From positions 1-50,304 of the forward strand of contig JBBKXB010000030.1 in NCBI GenBank assembly GCA_037969255.1: a stretch of DNA of 50,304 bases. Reading direction: 5' to 3'. The stretch comes from Bdellovibrionales bacterium. Its GTDB lineage: Bacteria; Pseudomonadota; Alphaproteobacteria; Micavibrionales; JBBKXB01. The notes beneath the pieces are model-generated. The model did no database searches. It saw nothing but the letters and a program-made list of their open reading frames with translations, and was not told the DNA's origin. This document shows positions 27,707-36,539 of this stretch, in pieces. A program made the position numbers and the translations under genes. Position 1 is the first letter of the stretch. The number at the start of each line of letters is the position of its first letter.

Positions 27707-28642
27707 ATGTTACACCGCATGAAATATCAATTTTTATCAGCCATCGCTCTCATCTCTTTAACATCCTGTGCGCAAATGGGTTTTGTTCCTGATGCTCCCG
27801 TGCAAAAACAAGCCTCATCTAGCATAACAATGGAACAGCCTAAGATGGCGCCCAAGCCGTCTATACAGGCGAATCAAAATCTATTGGAAACGATGAACGG
27901 CACCACAGATTCTTCGGTGACGGTGTATCCTTTGACGGGTGATATTGTTGACCCATTCACACGTAAAACACTCCAACCATTAAGCTCTAAGGTTATTGCC
28001 GAAGGGTATCCAGTGTTAGACCCCTCTGTGACAGTGTATCCGCTCCGTCCACCATCAGCCGTGCCACCTGTATCGTTTGAAAATGTTGATCAAGTGGGCG
28101 CAAATTCTTCATTGTATAGCGCGCGTGTGCAATCGCTCACCGCTCAAAGAGATATTGAAGCGGGGTCGTTCCCAAACTTCCCGTCCAGCAATAAAATTGT
28201 GACATCGGTTGAATCAGAGGCCCTTATTCCATTGCCTATCAAACCCATGAATAATTTTGAAGATGAGTTAGAATTCGTGGATGTGCCAGATCGCGCCACT
28301 GATTTTGCATCTCCGCCTGCGTTACCCTCTGAGCCAAGAACACAAGCGCCACTGCGCTCTTTTGATGTCTTTAAAAAGGCAGGAACAGTGAGTAAACCAG
28401 AAGGGTCATCATCAGCCTATGCACCCGTTATGAGCACCACAAATAACGTCAAAGGCATCTCTGCGGATTATAATGAGCCATGGCCCATCACGCGCCCTGA
28501 AAAAACCAATATGGAAGCCTTAAAACCTCAATCTATGAATAATGAAACTTCGGGTAATAACGTGATGATGCCGAACAAACCGAGTATTGAGAAAATAGAC
28601 TCAAATACGGGTTCAGCCATTCCATCCCTTACGGGTTACTAA
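27707..28642 (+). CDS. Pro/Ser-rich lipoprotein, function unknown
   Basis: The ORF-track start 27656 would overlap the phaC 5' end. Internal ATG 27707 gives MLHRMKYQFLSAIALISLTSC, a lipobox signal peptide. The protein ends in the NTGSAIPSLTGY motif. Confidence 0.6.
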   Translation: MLHRMKYQFLSAIALISLTSCAQMGFVPDAPVQKQASSSITMEQPKMAPKPSIQANQNLLETMNGTTDSSVTVYPLTGDIVDPFTRKTLQPLSSKVIAEGYPVLDPSVTVYPLRPPSAVPPVSFENVDQVGANSSLYSARVQSLTAQRDIEAGSFPNFPSSNKIVTSVESEALIPLPIKPMNNFEDELEFVDVPDRATDFASPPALPSEPRTQAPLRSFDVFKKAGTVSKPEGSSSAYAPVMSTTNNVKGISADYNEPWPITRPEKTNMEALKPQSMNNETSGNNVMMPNKPSIEKIDSNTGSAIPSLTGY

Positions 28643-28644
28643 TC

Positions 28645-29643
28645 ATGGCTTGGACAACGGATAATTGGGGCTCACTGGATCGTAACTTGGCATTAGAAGT
28701 TGTGCGCGTCACAGAAGCCGCGGCATTGGCGGCCTCCGCGTGGATTGGTCGTGGTGATGAAAAAGCCGCCGATCAAGCGGCGGTTGATGCAATGCGCCGT
28801 GCGCTTAATTCCCTTCATATTCAAGGTACTGTTGTTATTGGTGAGGGTGAACGCGATGAAGCGCCTATGCTTTATATTGGCGAGGAAGTCGGCGGGGGCA
28901 AAGGTCCACAAGTTGACATCGCGCTTGATCCATTAGAGGGCACAACGATCACGGCCAAAGGCGGACAAAATGCGCTCGCCGTGATTGCCATGACCGAAAA
29001 AGACGGATTTTTAAATGCGCCAGACGTATATATGCAAAAAATTGCGTGCGGCAAAGAATACCCGCAAAATTTCCTTGATATAGACGAGCCGATGAGTTCA
29101 TTACTGCCCAAAATGGCGAAATTTAAAGGATGTAAAGTTGATGATTTGCTTGTATGCGTTCTTGATCGTCCGCGCCACGAAGGGTTAATCAATGATATCC
29201 GCAAAGCTGGCGCACGCATCAATTTAATACCTGATGGCGATGTAGCAGGGGTCATCACCACGGCTGAACCTGATACAGGTATCGATCTTTATGTCGGCTC
29301 AGGCGGTGCGCCAGAAGGCGTTTTGGCGGCAGCTGCCTTGAAATGTATTGGCGGTGAGATGTTGGGACGTTTATTGTTCCGAAATGATGACGAACGCGCC
29401 CGCGCTGAAAAATGGGGCATCACGGATTTAAACCGCGTTTACACAACGCATGACATGGCACATGGCGAAGATATCATGTTTGCCGCAACAGGCGTGACCA
29501 CAGGGCCTTGGCTCAAAGGTATTCGTAGATTTGCAGGGGGCGGAACAACGTCATCCATAGTTATGCGTTCAAAATCAGGCACAGTGCGTCGTATTGAAGC
29601 CACGCATAATTTTAATAGAATGCCTAAAAAATTAGTGAATTAA
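28645..29643 (+). CDS. glpX: class II fructose-1,6-bisphosphatase
   Basis: 332-aa ORF with GlpX-type segments (DIALDPLEGTT, GGAPEGVLAAAALKC). Confidence 0.95.
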   Translation: MAWTTDNWGSLDRNLALEVVRVTEAAALAASAWIGRGDEKAADQAAVDAMRRALNSLHIQGTVVIGEGERDEAPMLYIGEEVGGGKGPQVDIALDPLEGTTITAKGGQNALAVIAMTEKDGFLNAPDVYMQKIACGKEYPQNFLDIDEPMSSLLPKMAKFKGCKVDDLLVCVLDRPRHEGLINDIRKAGARINLIPDGDVAGVITTAEPDTGIDLYVGSGGAPEGVLAAAALKCIGGEMLGRLLFRNDDERARAEKWGITDLNRVYTTHDMAHGEDIMFAATGVTTGPWLKGIRRFAGGGTTSSIVMRSKSGTVRRIEATHNFNRMPKKLVN

Positions 29644-30062
29644 TTAGTGATTTTATAACTCATACTGGCTTTATCAAGGCTTTTACTGGCAAGTTTGTAA
29701 CCATTATCATCTAAGACTTTAATAATTGTCGTTGGACCATTATTAATTGAGTAACTTAAGCTTTTAACATTGCCAATGTTTATTTTTGCTGATTCAAAGG
29801 CGCTTCGACACACATATATAAGTGAAAGATTTTGTTGTGGTATAGGATTGTTTTTATCGGTTATATGATCGGCGATAAGATTGTGTTTACGACCATCCGT
29901 TGTATTAGCCGAACATTTAATATTGTCCAATGTAGGTTTTTCATCATCTGCAGCAACATGGAATGTTTTAGACGCATTCATATCTAGTATAAGTGGGTTT
30001 ATAGATAATGCAGTAAAAAACAGAGCTATCGACCCGTATGAAAATATTGTTGATGATGGCAT
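29640..30062 (-). CDS. hypothetical exported protein, ORFan
   Basis: 140-aa ORF with an N-terminal hydrophobic segment (FSYGSIALFFTALSI). It is very A+T-rich: the first 60 nt I counted were about 30% G+C. Its 3' end overlaps the glpX stop by 4 nt. Confidence 0.5.
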   Translation of the reverse strand: MPSSTIFSYGSIALFFTALSINPLILDMNASKTFHVAADDEKPTLDNIKCSANTTDGRKHNLIADHITDKNNPIPQQNLSLIYVCRSAFESAKINIGNVKSLSYSINNGPTTIIKVLDDNGYKLASKSLDKASMSYKITN

Positions 30063-30230
30063 TGATAAGGCTCCTTATAAAAACGATTATGTAATTCGTG
30101 GATTAAAGCATATGTGACATCAAAATTCTAGTGCTTTTTATTTTGCAGTGTCATATACGCTTCTGCTCTGTGTATGAGAGGAAAAAATAACTGCCATTTA
30201 GGGGGCATAATTTGCTAGACTGGTTTTTCC

Positions 30231-32045
30231 ATGAGTCACATTTCATTCGCAGGCGCCCGCTGGGACGTTCCTAATATAGACGAAGGCCAAGTTGTAAAGC
30301 TTGTGCAAACCTATGGCTTGCCTGAAATTATTGCGCGATTGTTAACTGTGCGTAACGTGGGTTTATCCGGTGTTGATGCGTTTCTGCGTCCCAAATTATC
30401 AACACATTTTCCAGATCCATTCCACCTTAAGGATATGGATAAGCTCGCGACTCGCGTGTGTGATGCCATTCAAAAAGGGGAAAAAATTGGCATACTCGCC
30501 GATTTTGACGTGGATGGCGCAACGTCTGGATCAATTTTAACCCGTGCCCTCCGCCATTTTGGTGTCGAGCCTGTGGTTTACATTCCAGATCGTCTTAAGG
30601 ACGGCTATGGTCCATCCAACCGCTTCATGCAAAAGTTTAAAGACGAGGGGTGCGCGGTGATGCTCACTCTTGATTGCGGGATAACATCACACGAGCCATT
30701 AGCGTTTGCCACTGAGCTTGGCATGGACGCAATTGTCGTCGATCATCACGAGGATGATGGTAAATTGCCAGAGATTTTTGCCGTGGTTAATCCAAAACGT
30801 AAAGACGATATTTCGGGTTATGATATGATGGCGGCGTGCGGGGTCACGTTTCTTGTGGCGGTTGCTATCCAAAGTGAAATGCGCAAACGCGGTGCGTGTC
30901 CTGCAGATTTCCCCATGAAGAATTTATTGGAGCTTGTGGCGCTTGGCACAGTGTGCGACATGGTGCCCTTGACGGGGCCAAATCGTTTGTTCGTGAAATA
31001 TGGGCTTCCTATGATGGGGCAGGGCAATAATGTGGGCGTTAAGGCATTGTGCAATGTCTCTGGTATCAAAGGCCAACCAAATTTAATGCATCTTGGGTTT
31101 GCGCTTGGCCCTCGGATCAATGCGGGTAGCCGTGTCCATTCTTCAGAGTTTGGGTTTAAATTATTATCAACTGAGGATGAAGCCGAGGCGCTCAACATTG
31201 CGTGGCTCTTGAATGATTGTAACAGCAAACGCAAAGACATTGAAAAAATGATGTTAGAACAAGCCTTTATGCAAATCGAAACCGAAGGTTTGGCGGATGA
31301 TCCTATCATTGTTTTAGAACATAAAGATTGGCATGCTGGGCTCAGTGGTTTGGTCGCAGGGCGCGTGAAAGAACGCACGGGCAAGCCTTGCGCATGCGTC
31401 ACCTATGTCACAAATGGAAGTGATGGCACATCGGAGGGGCGCGGCTCTGGACGCTCTGTCAAAGGGCTTAATATGGCGTCCTTATTTCAAGCGGCGTGTA
31501 AAGACAATGTGCTTATGAAGGGTGGCGGTCATGCGATGGCGGCGGGGTTCACCATTTCTCCTGACAAAGTGAATGAATTTCGTGAATACGCCAAAGCGCA
31601 CGCGCTTGAACACATGGAAGAGCTTGATGAACATCCGCTTCGCCTTGTCGACAGCATGGCGACCACGCGTTCGGCGCAACCAGCGATGGTTAATTTACTA
31701 GAAAATGAATTTGGGCCTTATGGGCAAGGCCATGCTCAACCACTATTTGGGATCACCAATGTGCGCATTGAAAAAGTGGATGTGCTCAAAGACGCGCATG
31801 TCCGTGTAAACCTCGTGGATATTAGTGGTGGCACACGATTAAAAGCCATGTTATTTCGAGGTATAGGCACGCCACTTGGCGACACGCTCGTGAAAATGCA
31901 AGGTGAGATCATTGATATCGTTGGCAAATTTGTGACCAATGAATGGAACGGACGCGTGACCGCCGAAATGCATATTGAGGACGCGGGACAGGCAGGGATG
32001 ATTAATGCTAAAAATAATTTAGGTGATTTAGCAAAAGCCTCTTGA
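30231..32045 (+). CDS. recJ: single-stranded-DNA-specific exonuclease RecJ
   Basis: 604-aa ORF with DHH motifs (DFDVDGATS, VVDHHE) and the DHHA1 motif GGHAMAAG. Confidence 0.95.
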   Translation: MSHISFAGARWDVPNIDEGQVVKLVQTYGLPEIIARLLTVRNVGLSGVDAFLRPKLSTHFPDPFHLKDMDKLATRVCDAIQKGEKIGILADFDVDGATSGSILTRALRHFGVEPVVYIPDRLKDGYGPSNRFMQKFKDEGCAVMLTLDCGITSHEPLAFATELGMDAIVVDHHEDDGKLPEIFAVVNPKRKDDISGYDMMAACGVTFLVAVAIQSEMRKRGACPADFPMKNLLELVALGTVCDMVPLTGPNRLFVKYGLPMMGQGNNVGVKALCNVSGIKGQPNLMHLGFALGPRINAGSRVHSSEFGFKLLSTEDEAEALNIAWLLNDCNSKRKDIEKMMLEQAFMQIETEGLADDPIIVLEHKDWHAGLSGLVAGRVKERTGKPCACVTYVTNGSDGTSEGRGSGRSVKGLNMASLFQAACKDNVLMKGGGHAMAAGFTISPDKVNEFREYAKAHALEHMEELDEHPLRLVDSMATTRSAQPAMVNLLENEFGPYGQGHAQPLFGITNVRIEKVDVLKDAHVRVNLVDISGGTRLKAMLFRGIGTPLGDTLVKMQGEIIDIVGKFVTNEWNGRVTAEMHIEDAGQAGMINAKNNLGDLAKAS

Positions 32046-32088
32046 TTTTTATGTCTGTTTTGTGATTAAAGAGAGTTCGCTTTAAGAC

Positions 32089-32163
32089 GACCCCTTCGTC
32101 TAGCGGTTAGGACGCTGCCCTTTCACGGCGGAAACACGGGTTCGATTCCCGTAGGGGTCGCCA
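32089..32163 (+). tRNA. tRNA-Glu (anticodon UUC), CCA encoded
   Basis: Hand-folded, 75 nt. The acceptor stem is GACCCCT/AGGGGTC, the anticodon arm is CTGCC-CTTTCAC-GGCGG, and the T arm is ACGGG-TTCGATT-CCCGT. Confidence 0.95.
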
Positions 32164-32208
32164 TTTTGCTTTCCTTATATTCATTAACATTGTCGTTGTT
32201 CGTTCATT

Positions 32209-32242
32209 AAAAATGCGACCCTGAATGAACAGAATCGCATTT
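32209..32242 (-). terminator. possible terminator hairpin downstream of the EF-hand gene
   Basis: The minus-strand RNA reads AAAUGCGA, a 16-nt loop containing an inner CUG/CAG pairing, then UCGCAUUU followed by UU. Confidence 0.4.
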
Positions 32243-32264
32243 ATATATCTTTATTTATTCGAGA

Positions 32265-32882
32265 TTATTTGTTGTAGAAAAAGTTTTCTTGATGAAGAGG
32301 ACGCACTGTTTTGGCATACGCACGTTGGAATTCATAAAGGTCAATCACAGTGTCGCGTTTCACGTTCACTTTATTGAATGACATTCCTAGGAAATCAAGT
32401 GGTGAAAGACCGTCTCTATCTTTATCAAATTTACCGAGGTTTGACGCGAATAGGAAATCTTCAACACTAACGTCTGTTTTAGCCGTTCTGTTATCATCAA
32501 AGAAAGTCACTGTTTCAACAGTTTCCTTTTTCATTGGCACGAACACGATCAAGCTGGGCATGTTCATTTCGATGTTATCAATCACCATGTTGCCATCGCG
32601 GTCAAAGACTTCAAACAGTCTTGTGCCGACTTCTTCACGGGATAAATTGCCATCATTATTGATATCAAGGTTGTTAAGATCAATAGAGCGACCTTCTGGC
32701 TTTTGAGTGGCCTCAACTTTAACCTCAACGGTGGCTTTTTGAACATCTGGGTTAGTCGCGATGATGGTTTCAACGCGTTGTTTTAAGACCGTTTCATCAA
32801 CGGCGCTTTGAGCGATAGCGGAGCTGATAGAAACGCTTCCTATAAGGATTGCTAGGGCAAGTGTTTTTGTAAAAGATGACAT
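32265..32882 (-). CDS. exported EF-hand calcium-binding protein
   Basis: 205-aa ORF with a signal peptide (LALAILIGSVSISSAIA/QS). It has three EF-hand-like loops: DINNDGNLSREE, DRDGNMVIDNIE and DKDRDGLSPLDF. Confidence 0.8.
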   Translation of the reverse strand: MSSFTKTLALAILIGSVSISSAIAQSAVDETVLKQRVETIIATNPDVQKATVEVKVEATQKPEGRSIDLNNLDINNDGNLSREEVGTRLFEVFDRDGNMVIDNIEMNMPSLIVFVPMKKETVETVTFFDDNRTAKTDVSVEDFLFASNLGKFDKDRDGLSPLDFLGMSFNKVNVKRDTVIDLYEFQRAYAKTVRPLHQENFFYNK

Positions 32883-33047
32883 TTAATATGGCTTTCTTGT
32901 GTTAGGTTTGTTGGCAACTTATATTGCGAATAACAACATAGGGTATTTATCTAACATTTAAAGTGTATGAAAAGTTCACTCTATATAGCCAAAGAGAGCG
33001 ATATTTGCTAAATTTCATCAGCATTTTAAAAAAGGATAGGAATCATC

Positions 33048-33926
33048 ATGATTTATTGGGACCATTATTACAGCGGCATATTACTGGCTAATCTTTTAAT
33101 CGTTATTGCATTGTTCGCAATGTTGCGGTTTTTCTCTGGCGTTGTGACGCACGTGGATGCTTCCAAAGAGTTGTTCGTTAAAGATAACCCTGCCTTTGGT
33201 ATTGGGTTGGCTGGTGCCACATTTGCGATCACGATCATGCTTAGCGGAACGTTGTTTGGTAATCCGTCGGCTGATTTTATGACGAGCATCTCGTATGTCG
33301 CGATATTTGGGATTATAGGCATCTTGCTCATGGGGCTGACGCGTTTGATCTTCACGAAAATTACTTTTCCTAAAATAGCCATCACAGATGAAATTATTGC
33401 GGGCAACAAGGCTGTGGCCATTGCCGATGCGGGTAATGTTATAGCGGCGGCCATCATCATACGAGCCATTATGATTTGGATCACAGATTTTTCTTTCCAA
33501 GGCATCATGTCCTTGTTGATCGCGTTTGTTATTGCGCAAGTGATTTTGACATCCATGACCATTTTGCGCAAAAAAAGATTCCATAGATTTTTCAAAGGCG
33601 GAATTTTACGTGAAGAGTTCCAAAAAGGTAACATCGCCGTGGCGTTACGTTATTCAGGTCAAAAAATAGGGACGGCGTTTGCTATTTCTATGGCCACGCA
33701 ATTGGTGCCTTATGAAGGCATTGGCGCTATGTCCATCTATCTATCTTGGGCGATTGCCTCCGTGATTATGATCGTTGTGTGGAAGGTGCTTTGTTTCGTG
33801 GCTGAAAAGCTCATCGTGCGCAATGTTGATGTTAATGAAGAATTGATTGACCAGCAAAATTCTGCGCTTGGCTTGTTGCAAGCTGTGATCTACATGTCGA
33901 TGGGTATCTTGCTTACATCTATATGA
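33048..33926 (+). CDS. polytopic membrane protein with duplicated DUF350-like repeats
   Basis: 292-aa ORF. Four copies of an acidic-x-x-x-x-x-N-x-A-x-[GA] motif each precede a helix: ELFVKDNPAFGIGLAG, DEIIAGNKAVAIADAG, EEFQKGNIAVALRYSG and EELIDQQNSALGLLQA. Its stop overlaps the next gene's start (ATGA). Confidence 0.7.
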   Translation: MIYWDHYYSGILLANLLIVIALFAMLRFFSGVVTHVDASKELFVKDNPAFGIGLAGATFAITIMLSGTLFGNPSADFMTSISYVAIFGIIGILLMGLTRLIFTKITFPKIAITDEIIAGNKAVAIADAGNVIAAAIIIRAIMIWITDFSFQGIMSLLIAFVIAQVILTSMTILRKKRFHRFFKGGILREEFQKGNIAVALRYSGQKIGTAFAISMATQLVPYEGIGAMSIYLSWAIASVIMIVVWKVLCFVAEKLIVRNVDVNEELIDQQNSALGLLQAVIYMSMGILLTSI

Positions 33927-34891
33927 TTAGCGTTGATCTAATTACAGCTAATTTACTATCACCAGCTGTGATTTGTTTCGCGGTTGGTGCTTTTGCGGCA
34001 ATTGTTCGCAGTGATTTACGAGTCCCATCGCAGGTTTACGAAACAATTTCGATGTACCTTCTTTTTGCAATTGGTTTAAAAGGGGGCATTGCGCTTGATC
34101 AAACCGAGATTGGGAGCTTTATTCCACCCTTATTTATGACACTCGCGCTAGGCATTTTCACACCTGTGGTGGCTTATGCTGTAGCGCGTTACATGGGGCG
34201 ACTCTCTAATGCTGATGCAGGAGCCATGGCAGCGCATTTTGGCTCGGTATCGGCGGTAACATTTATGGCGGCGCTTAACTTCGCGCTTCTCAAAGAAATA
34301 GAGTATGAAGGTTTTTTAACGGCACTTTTGATTATTTTAGAAATACCAGGGATTATTATTGCGCTTATTATTACGCGATTGTTATCGGAGGATAAAGATA
34401 TTAGCCTTGGAAATGTTGTCCGAGAGGCCATCACAAGTAAAAGTGTAATTCTAATGGGGGGTGGTTTATTAGTAGGCTTGCTCACGGATGAAAAAGGTAT
34501 CGAGGCCGTGACCAATGTATTTATCACACCATTTAACGGTGTGCTTGCCTTCTTCTTATTAGAAATGGGAATTGTGGCAGCCAATAAAATGCGAGAAAGC
34601 AAAACTTCACTTCCTTTTATGTTGTTATTCGGGACAGTAATGCCAATAATTTTTGGTGGAATTGGTTTGTTGGGCGGTCATTTGGCGGGCTTATCCATAG
34701 GTGGCGCCGCTATATTTGCAACTATGGTGGCGAGCGCATCCTACATTGCAGCACCTGTGGCTGTTAAAATGGCGCTACCAGAGGCCAATGAAGGCCTATA
34801 TTTAACAACAGCGATTAGCATAACCTTGCCATTTAACCTTCTGATAGGAATACCTTTATATTTTGCACTTTCAAATTTTGTTACCTTTTGA
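33923..34891 (+). CDS. SbtA-family (sodium-dependent bicarbonate transporter-like) permease
   Basis: 322-aa polytopic ORF. Its N-terminus, LLSPAVICFAVGAFAAIVRSDLRVPSQVYETISMYLLFAIGLKGG, matches my memory of the SbtA/Sbt_1 family signature. Confidence 0.75.
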   Translation: MISVDLITANLLSPAVICFAVGAFAAIVRSDLRVPSQVYETISMYLLFAIGLKGGIALDQTEIGSFIPPLFMTLALGIFTPVVAYAVARYMGRLSNADAGAMAAHFGSVSAVTFMAALNFALLKEIEYEGFLTALLIILEIPGIIIALIITRLLSEDKDISLGNVVREAITSKSVILMGGGLLVGLLTDEKGIEAVTNVFITPFNGVLAFFLLEMGIVAANKMRESKTSLPFMLLFGTVMPIIFGGIGLLGGHLAGLSIGGAAIFATMVASASYIAAPVAVKMALPEANEGLYLTTAISITLPFNLLIGIPLYFALSNFVTF

Positions 34892-34930
34892 TCACACTTT
34901 ATAAAAACCTGAAATATTTAAACGAAATTA

Positions 34931-35007
34931 ATAACATACAATAATATTATAATCATTTTTTTGCTCAATAATTAGAGCTATTTATAATCATTGTATGTTA
35001 TAATGAT
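34931..35007. repeat. inverted and direct repeats in the A+T-rich leader upstream of the REC-GGDEF gene
   Basis: A perfect 12-nt inverted repeat: ATAACATACAAT (34931-34942) and ATTGTATGTTAT (34990-35001). An 11-nt direct repeat, TTATAATCATT, at 34947-34957 and 34982-34992. A third, TTATAATGAT, at 34998-35007. Confidence 0.75.
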
Positions 35008-35040
35008 CCCTTAAAGGAGCATACTAACATTAACAACACC

Positions 35041-35955
35041 GTGCAAATTTTATATGTAGAAGATAGTGAAAGTGATTTTACCATTCTTGCGCGTAAATTG
35101 AAAAAATATAATGATGCGGTTGTCTCTTTTGAGCTTTCTCAAGCGACAACCATGAAGCAAGCGTTCGAAAAACTTACCAAGAATACGTACGATGCCGTTT
35201 TATTAGACCTTAACTTGCCAGACAGTGACAGCTTAACAACGCTTACATATTTCCGTGAGCATTATCCTGATATGCCTGTTGTGGCTTTAACGGGTAACGA
35301 AGACCCTCAAATTGGCATAGATGTGCTAAGAGCAGGGGCACAAGAATATATCGCCAAAAAATATGTGGATGGCGCGCCCGTGGCTCATACCATTCAATCT
35401 TCTATTTATCGTAAAAAAGCTGAAAAAGCTTTGTTTAAAAAAGCGCATTATGATGAGCTCACAGGCTTGCATAAAATGGTGTTGTTTGAAGATATTGTGC
35501 GCAAAATGATCACGCGTGCCACACGTTATAATATCCACGAAGCCTTATATTTTATTGATCTTGATGGGTTCAAGACGGTTAATGACACTTATGGTCACGA
35601 GGCGGGAAACTTGGTGATTAAAGAAGCGGCCAAACGTATCACGCACTCAGTCCGTGCCAGTGATATAGTGGCGCGTTTTGGCGGTGATGAATTCGCGGTG
35701 TATTTATGTTCTCAAGGCGTGGTGACAGGTTCTGGTGACCATTACAACAAAGTGGCAAAATCCATCGTTAAGGAGATTGAAAAACCGTATCATGTTGATG
35801 GGCAAACAATCACTATTGGCTGTTCTATAGGCATCGCGAAATTCCCAGAGCATGCGGATAATTATGAAGAGTTATTAGCGCTCGCGGACAAAGCCATGTA
35901 CGGCGCTAAAAAAGACGGGCAATCAAGCATCTCATTTGCCGAAAAGGTTGCTTAG
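35041..35955 (+). CDS. response regulator with a GGDEF diguanylate cyclase output domain
   Basis: 304-aa ORF (GTG start). The REC domain carries LLDLNLPD. The active site is RFGGDEFAV, and an RxxD I-site (RASD) lies five residues upstream of it. Confidence 0.9.
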   Translation: MQILYVEDSESDFTILARKLKKYNDAVVSFELSQATTMKQAFEKLTKNTYDAVLLDLNLPDSDSLTTLTYFREHYPDMPVVALTGNEDPQIGIDVLRAGAQEYIAKKYVDGAPVAHTIQSSIYRKKAEKALFKKAHYDELTGLHKMVLFEDIVRKMITRATRYNIHEALYFIDLDGFKTVNDTYGHEAGNLVIKEAAKRITHSVRASDIVARFGGDEFAVYLCSQGVVTGSGDHYNKVAKSIVKEIEKPYHVDGQTITIGCSIGIAKFPEHADNYEELLALADKAMYGAKKDGQSSISFAEKVA

Positions 35956-35956
35956 T

Positions 35957-36409
35957 CTACAGATTATCCATGATTGTGTTGAATTGCCTCATATCTAAAG
36001 GCTTTTGTAAGATGGCATCAGCCTTACTGTTATAGGCGGCCAAAGCTGTGTGACCACAGCTATCCCCCGAGAGCATCACGGTAGGTATATCTTCGGTTAA
36101 AGGGTGCGAGCGCACAATTTTTAAAGCTTCTAAACCATTCATATCGGGCATATGCATATCCAAGATTAAAACGCTGTTATGTTGGATGTGGTCATCGTTA
36201 TAGCGCCCCGTTTTTTCCATGTAATCAAAAAATTGCGTCGCGGAACTGTGGTGAATGATTTTGCTGACATGTTTCGATTTTGAGAGCAAACGACGAGCTA
36301 TATAACTATCTTCTTCGCAGTCATCAACGATATGAATTGTATATTGAGCCACGATATCAATCGTATGATTCGAATCCCTGTGCTCTAGCTTTTCCGTGAT
36401 CTCAAACAT
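35957..36409 (-). CDS. single-domain response regulator (CheY-like receiver)
   Basis: 150-aa ORF with IHIVDDCEED, a phospho-acceptor context LILDMHMPDMNG, and a conserved Lys in ILQKP. No histidine kinase is adjacent. Confidence 0.85.
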   Translation of the reverse strand: MFEITEKLEHRDSNHTIDIVAQYTIHIVDDCEEDSYIARRLLSKSKHVSKIIHHSSATQFFDYMEKTGRYNDDHIQHNSVLILDMHMPDMNGLEALKIVRSHPLTEDIPTVMLSGDSCGHTALAAYNSKADAILQKPLDMRQFNTIMDNL

Positions 36410-36539
36410 GTTTTGTCCCTTTTATTTGTTCACTAATAATACACATGTATGTTTAATGAAGTCTTAAGGAGCGGTTAAAAAATGGTTAATCTAAACGCTT
36501 TATTTGTGCGTATAAAAATGCAAATGAAAGGCATAAATT

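Noticed and set aside
30063-30117. A reading frame ending ...APYKNDYVIRGLKHM*, resembling the C-terminus of the 91-aa ORF at 6135..6410 (...AYESKEALVRGLKHIG*).
   Set aside because: The match is short (about 7 residues). No usable start codon or SD exists for the 30063-30117 frame outside the opposite-strand gene. DNA-level identity is weak. It is probably coincidence.
30818-31402. 194-aa minus-strand ORF.
   Set aside because: It is antisense inside recJ, whose DHH and DHHA1 motifs lie on the plus frame. Its composition is Ser/Pro/Ala-rich, typical of an antisense frame.
33068-33634. 188-aa and 162-aa minus-strand ORFs.
   Set aside because: They are antisense to the DUF350-repeat gene, whose fourfold repeat motif supports the plus frame.
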